Shown in pieces: positions 26,707 through 30,879 of a stretch of DNA of 30,879 bases. Position numbers and translations under genes: made by a program. Under the pieces are notes generated by a model. It was not told the DNA's origin. It was given only the letters and a program-made list of their open reading frames with translations, and did not search any database. Source of the DNA: Candidatus Latescibacterota bacterium (GTDB taxonomy: Bacteria > Latescibacterota > UBA2968); NCBI GenBank assembly GCA_038279365.1, contig JAYODI010000045.1, positions 13,831-44,709 of the forward strand, written 5' to 3'. Numbering within the stretch: the first letter of the stretch is position 1; each line of letters starts with the position of its first letter.

Positions 26707-28272
26707 ATGAAAACAACCCTCATACGCTACCTGCCCTTCATTTTTGCACTTACCTTTTTTTTGCAAGGCTCTTGGGGCAATCTGGCCAAATCGCTTACTT
26801 GGGACGAACCCGTCTTCATTGCCTCGGGCTACAGTTATCTCACACGCAATGATTTTCGCATGAATGCAGAAGCGCCACCCCTTTTACAACAATTACAAGC
26901 CCTGCCCTTGCTCAATCTGCAATTGCAACAAATCGATACCACGCACGCCATCTGGCAAGATGCCGCACACATTGTCAATGGCCAATACTTCATCCAAGCC
27001 AATGCACAACATCTGTCTACCATCAGCCAACGTGCACGTTTTCCCACGCTCATCATAGGCACGCTCTTGGTGCTCGCCATATTCTTTTGGGGCCAACAAC
27101 TCTATGGCACAACACCTGCTTTGTTGGCATCGGCCATAGCCGCCTGTTCACCCAACCTACTTGCCCATGCCAAATTGGCTACCACAGACTTGGGGTGTGC
27201 AGCATTCATATTTTTTGCCACCATAACCTTTTGGTATGCCATTCAACATCCCCACTGGAAGCGCTGGCTTCTTTGTGGCATCACAACAGGTTTGGCATTG
27301 CTCACCAAATACACAGCCCTCTTACTTGGGCCCACATACATATTACTCGGTTTGGGGTGTGTTTGGCAAAAACAACTGTCACTGCGTGACCTTATTAAAG
27401 GTGGACTCATCATCACATTTACCAGTTATCTCATCATCGGCATCGGTTATCATTTCACATTCACACCATTCTTATACCTCAATGGCCTACAAAAAATCTA
27501 TGCCAACGCCAATGTTGGTTATCAATTTTACTTATTTGGCAACGTTTCTGAAAACCCCTTTTGGTATTACTACATCGTCGCCTTCCTCATCAAAACCCCA
27601 GTTGCCACACTCTTGCTCTTGGGAATTGCCACCGCCATCTTTATTTCCAATATTTCAGCACATAAAACATCCATATTTCCACTTCTGCCAGCCTTACTGA
27701 TTTTGGTCATTTCCTGCTTTGACAAAAGCAACTTAGGTTATCGGCGCATCTTGCCTGCGTTGCCATTTCTCTTACTCTTTTGTTCGCAAGCGCTCGCAGC
27801 TGTCCCCTCTACCTTTCTCAAAAAACTGGTTGCACTCTTGTTTTGTTTCACGCTTTTAGAATCTCTCTCCATCTACCCCCATCACTTGTCCTTTTTTAAT
27901 CAAGCAGTAGGCGGGCCAAAACAAGGGCCATATTTACTCGATGACAGCAACATCGATTGGGGGCAAGATTTGCCTGGTTTGGCCAAGTGGCAACAAAAAC
28001 ACCCTCAGGCAAAACCAATGAAACAAATGTACTTTGGCAGTTTGCCACCCAAGCTATATGGCATAGATGCAGAACAACTCCCGTTAAACACAAATCAAAT
28101 TCGCCAACCCGAACCCCATTATTATGCCATGAGCACACACCAACTCACGTGGTTTCGCAAAATTAAAAAACAATATAACCTGGACATTGATTGGCTCACC
28201 AAATACAAACCCATAGATCGCATTGGTTATTCCATTTACATTTACAAATTCCCCGAATCTTCTGCCAAATAA
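26707..28272 (+). CDS. GT-C membrane glycosyltransferase (GT39/ArnT/PMT_2-like)
   Basis: LTWDEPVFIASGYSY (DE motif), NAEAPPL, LAHAKLATTD, LALLTKYTA and DSNIDWGQDL; many TM segments. Confidence 0.85.
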   Translation: MKTTLIRYLPFIFALTFFLQGSWGNLAKSLTWDEPVFIASGYSYLTRNDFRMNAEAPPLLQQLQALPLLNLQLQQIDTTHAIWQDAAHIVNGQYFIQANAQHLSTISQRARFPTLIIGTLLVLAIFFWGQQLYGTTPALLASAIAACSPNLLAHAKLATTDLGCAAFIFFATITFWYAIQHPHWKRWLLCGITTGLALLTKYTALLLGPTYILLGLGCVWQKQLSLRDLIKGGLIITFTSYLIIGIGYHFTFTPFLYLNGLQKIYANANVGYQFYLFGNVSENPFWYYYIVAFLIKTPVATLLLLGIATAIFISNISAHKTSIFPLLPALLILVISCFDKSNLGYRRILPALPFLLLFCSQALAAVPSTFLKKLVALLFCFTLLESLSIYPHHLSFFNQAVGGPKQGPYLLDDSNIDWGQDLPGLAKWQQKHPQAKPMKQMYFGSLPPKLYGIDAEQLPLNTNQIRQPEPHYYAMSTHQLTWFRKIKKQYNLDIDWLTKYKPIDRIGYSIYIYKFPESSAK

Positions 28273-28305
28273 AAACAGCGATACGTATATACGTATCGCT
28301 GTTTT
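28272..28305. terminator. Perfect 34-bp palindrome between convergent genes, probably a bidirectional terminator
   Basis: AAAACAGCGATACGTAT|ATACGTATCGCTGTTTT is exactly self-complementary. Confidence 0.7.
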
Positions 28306-28336
28306 GCTTTTTGCCTCATACTGCGTTACACAAAAC

Positions 28337-28768
28337 CTATCGTCTCTTTTCTCGCCAAGCTTCTTTTTGTTGCATTTCATCTTGTTGCAAATATCCCCGA
28401 ATGGCCTTCGCCAATGCGGGTGCCGCCTTGTCGCGAATCAATTGCTGGGCTTTTTCTCTCTGACGGCGATACTCCTCGGGGCTTAGTGGTTTGGGCTTGG
28501 GTGGGGCCACCACCTTAACCGGTGCATTTTCGGCAGGCAATTTTTGAGGCCATAACCTCACAAACAAATAGAAAGCCAGCGTCACCGACAACACACCTGA
28601 AAATGCAACAAACAAAACTTCCAATTGCATCATAAAAGCCGCAATCAATATCACACAAGCTCCCACAGCAATCAATATCAATGCAATGCTAATCACACGA
28701 TAAATTTGATCGCGCACCTCTGGCTCATGCAAGCGGTTGCGTAACAATGTAAATATTCCTTTAACCAA
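28337..28768 (-). CDS. Small membrane protein (2 TM helices, Pro-rich linker, charged helical C-tail)
   Basis: 143-aa ORF with TTG start and AGGA upstream, co-oriented 32 bp behind the DUF6785 gene. Confidence 0.7.
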   Translation of the reverse strand: MVKGIFTLLRNRLHEPEVRDQIYRVISIALILIAVGACVILIAAFMMQLEVLFVAFSGVLSVTLAFYLFVRLWPQKLPAENAPVKVVAPPKPKPLSPEEYRRQREKAQQLIRDKAAPALAKAIRGYLQQDEMQQKEAWREKRR

Positions 28769-28800
28769 TGGCTGTTCCTATTCCGAATACTTCTAACCTT

Positions 28801-30765
28801 TTAATCTCCCCAGAACAAATTGTGACCTTGCCCAGGGAACCAAATCAAATCGACGACCATGCTCACGATCAACACCAATGTATAACCCACAATCAAACCA
28901 ATAAAAAATGGCTTGGCTCTGCGATAAAGGGCAATACCCCCAAAGCGCAAAATAATGAGCTTAACCAACCAGGTTAAAAATACCGACAAAATGGCTGTTC
29001 GCGCCGAATAAAATGTAACAACGCTAAACCCTATCGGATGCAATGGCCACCAGGTAAGCCGATATTGACAAAACGTCAATATACCCATCACAATAGCACC
29101 AAACATCGTATAGGCAATACGTAACCCATAATGTGTTTCTTTGCCAATATCACGAATAGAAGAGACTATGCCATTATAATAGTTGGGTGCTGCAACCCGA
29201 AACATATACGACCCAAAATTAAACGCTCCGTCTTGATACCCCAAATAAATCGTTGCAAGCGCGGCAGCAATCAGCGAAAAAACAAAAGCAAAAACAATAG
29301 TCAATCCCAACGACCGAGCACGCACGCCCAATGGAGCCGCCAATCGAGCGGCATGTGCCGCACCCGGCATGGTAAAGCTTTTGCCATTTTGATACATACT
29401 GCCTACTTGTTGGCGCATGGCTATTGTGCCAGAGTCTAAAGAATCGGGTGGCGAAAAAGCCATAATGCCTGTGCCCAAACTGCTGGGAGACTCCAAAAAC
29501 ACCAAGCCCGTCATTGCAACAATTTTTGCAAACCCTGTGTAAAATACAAACCAAAATATGGCCACCAATACCGCCCAATAGGGTGCCATCCCACCTTTGG
29601 TCAACCAAAATATCATATACAACACACACGCCAAAAACGTAAACACAGACACCCGATAAGAAAACAATTCACGGCTGTCATCCATCTCATTTTTTGACCG
29701 ACCAAAGGCTTGCAAAAATATAGCCTTCAGTTGTGTGCGGGCAATCCACAACCCCCACAAACAAAAAACCAAAAAACCACCAAATGCTTGTTCTCTGGTG
29801 CCCCCAAACTCACCCAACCCTTCGGCAAATCCCAAACGATTTGTCATCCCAATTTGTATCCAGGTCAGCACCCAAAAAACCCAAATCGAAAACAAAATCT
29901 GCAAATCCGTAAAATATGCAAAACCAATAATCAAAAAATTAATACGCCCAAACATCGACGGTACATACCGTCCTAAGGGCACGTTATAGTTTTGAATGCC
30001 CAATGTGATAACAGGAAATCCAGGATTGAAATAGCCAATGATATACCACAAAACAATAATGGTTGGAATGGCAAAACCGATCCAAAACAAAGGCTGTTTC
30101 ATATACGCCGGAAACCCTTTGGGACCTGCCGTTTCGGCCAATTCTTCGGCCACCTGTGCAAAAGGAAATGCCAACCGCTCTTGTTCCACCCATTGCCTAC
30201 GCAATATAGATGCCAAAGCAACGGATCCAACGCCCAATACGGCAATAAAACTCAGCCACCAAAATGTGGGCTGAAGCCAAATATCCCACGGTATCGTCGC
30301 ATTGCGAGGCAACCCTTCATAAAACCACGCCAACCGCGCCCCCGCATCTTCGACCACCAACCACGGTTTTACCAACCCAAAGACATACTCTTCCCACAAA
30401 TTTTCGGGCGTTGCCATATAGTGCATCACCGCATATGTGGCCAACACACGCCCCAACAGCTCGTTAATATGCACACTCACATAACCCGTTGCAAAAATGA
30501 CAATCAGTTCCCACGGTTGCAAATGATATCCAAAAATCCGCAACACAGGGTTCAACACAAAAATCAATACCAAAAAAGGCATCAACACCCCCATAGGGAT
30601 CATGCCTTCAACCAATGAAATGGTGTGCATATAATGATGCGTATAGGGTATTGCCGTATTGATCCCCACCGTAATCAACACTGCCAATGCAATCGCCCAC
30701 CAAGGCGACCGTTGGGTATCTATTTCATATTGTGGTTCGTGCACATCTTCAGGTTCAATTGCCAT
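28801..30765 (-). CDS. DUF6785/DUF6784 family polytopic membrane protein (putative transporter)
   Basis: 654 aa, highly hydrophobic. Contains LRRQWVEQERLAFPFAQ, IPWDIWLQP and C-terminal WWPLHPIG...GGIALYRRAKPFFIGLIVG, which I recognise from this family. GAGGGG RBS. Confidence 0.78.
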   Translation of the reverse strand: MAIEPEDVHEPQYEIDTQRSPWWAIALAVLITVGINTAIPYTHHYMHTISLVEGMIPMGVLMPFLVLIFVLNPVLRIFGYHLQPWELIVIFATGYVSVHINELLGRVLATYAVMHYMATPENLWEEYVFGLVKPWLVVEDAGARLAWFYEGLPRNATIPWDIWLQPTFWWLSFIAVLGVGSVALASILRRQWVEQERLAFPFAQVAEELAETAGPKGFPAYMKQPLFWIGFAIPTIIVLWYIIGYFNPGFPVITLGIQNYNVPLGRYVPSMFGRINFLIIGFAYFTDLQILFSIWVFWVLTWIQIGMTNRLGFAEGLGEFGGTREQAFGGFLVFCLWGLWIARTQLKAIFLQAFGRSKNEMDDSRELFSYRVSVFTFLACVLYMIFWLTKGGMAPYWAVLVAIFWFVFYTGFAKIVAMTGLVFLESPSSLGTGIMAFSPPDSLDSGTIAMRQQVGSMYQNGKSFTMPGAAHAARLAAPLGVRARSLGLTIVFAFVFSLIAAALATIYLGYQDGAFNFGSYMFRVAAPNYYNGIVSSIRDIGKETHYGLRIAYTMFGAIVMGILTFCQYRLTWWPLHPIGFSVVTFYSARTAILSVFLTWLVKLIILRFGGIALYRRAKPFFIGLIVGYTLVLIVSMVVDLIWFPGQGHNLFWGD

Positions 30766-30802
30766 ACGCCCCTCATGAAAGTCAGTAAAACGATAAAATC
30801 AA

Positions 30803-30879
30803 GTGAAACGGTAAATGTAAGACCAGTGAAATGCCAAACGTGAAACGCCAAATGTGAAACCTTTAACATCAAGAAAACA
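30803..30879. repeat. Second dispersed copy of the heptamer-built repeat, running to the window end
   Basis: 30826-30879 matches 18817-18870 at 50/54 positions and is preceded by a partial unit GTGAAACGGTAAATGTAA. Confidence 0.9.

Overview
Bacterial chromosomal window with about 22 coding regions and no rRNA, tRNA, CRISPR array or intact transposase. The gene mix (DUF6785-type membrane protein, dockerin-like EF-hand pair, sulfatase, PhyH dioxygenase, TonB receptor) suggests a Gram-negative FCB-group organism such as Ca. Latescibacterota; this is inference only. From left to right: (1) start of an alternative complex III operon, actA-actB-actC, on the minus strand and cut by the window edge; (2) an HDAC/APAH-family deacetylase, an Ldh_2 dehydrogenase, a sulfatase and a TolB-like lipoprotein; (3) a small YjfB-like ORF, an integrase-N-terminus-only protein with its own consensus promoter, and a secreted heme/dockerin/FGE-fold multidomain protein; (4) a minus-strand run of two beta-propeller proteins, a toroid-like protein and two PLP aminotransferases; (5) a flavin reductase and two genes with sigma54-type promoters; (6) PhyH, ssb, a GT39 glycosyltransferase, a small 2-TM protein and a DUF6785/6784 protein. 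The least-explained signals are non-coding. One is a 30x heptamer array facing an inverted heptamer-built 45-bp repeat that recurs at the window end. Another is a ~230-bp intergenic element with four GNA-triloop mini-hairpins. A third is a near-perfect CRP-type box next to a foldable ~130-nt candidate sRNA. All family calls come from motif recognition, not database searches.
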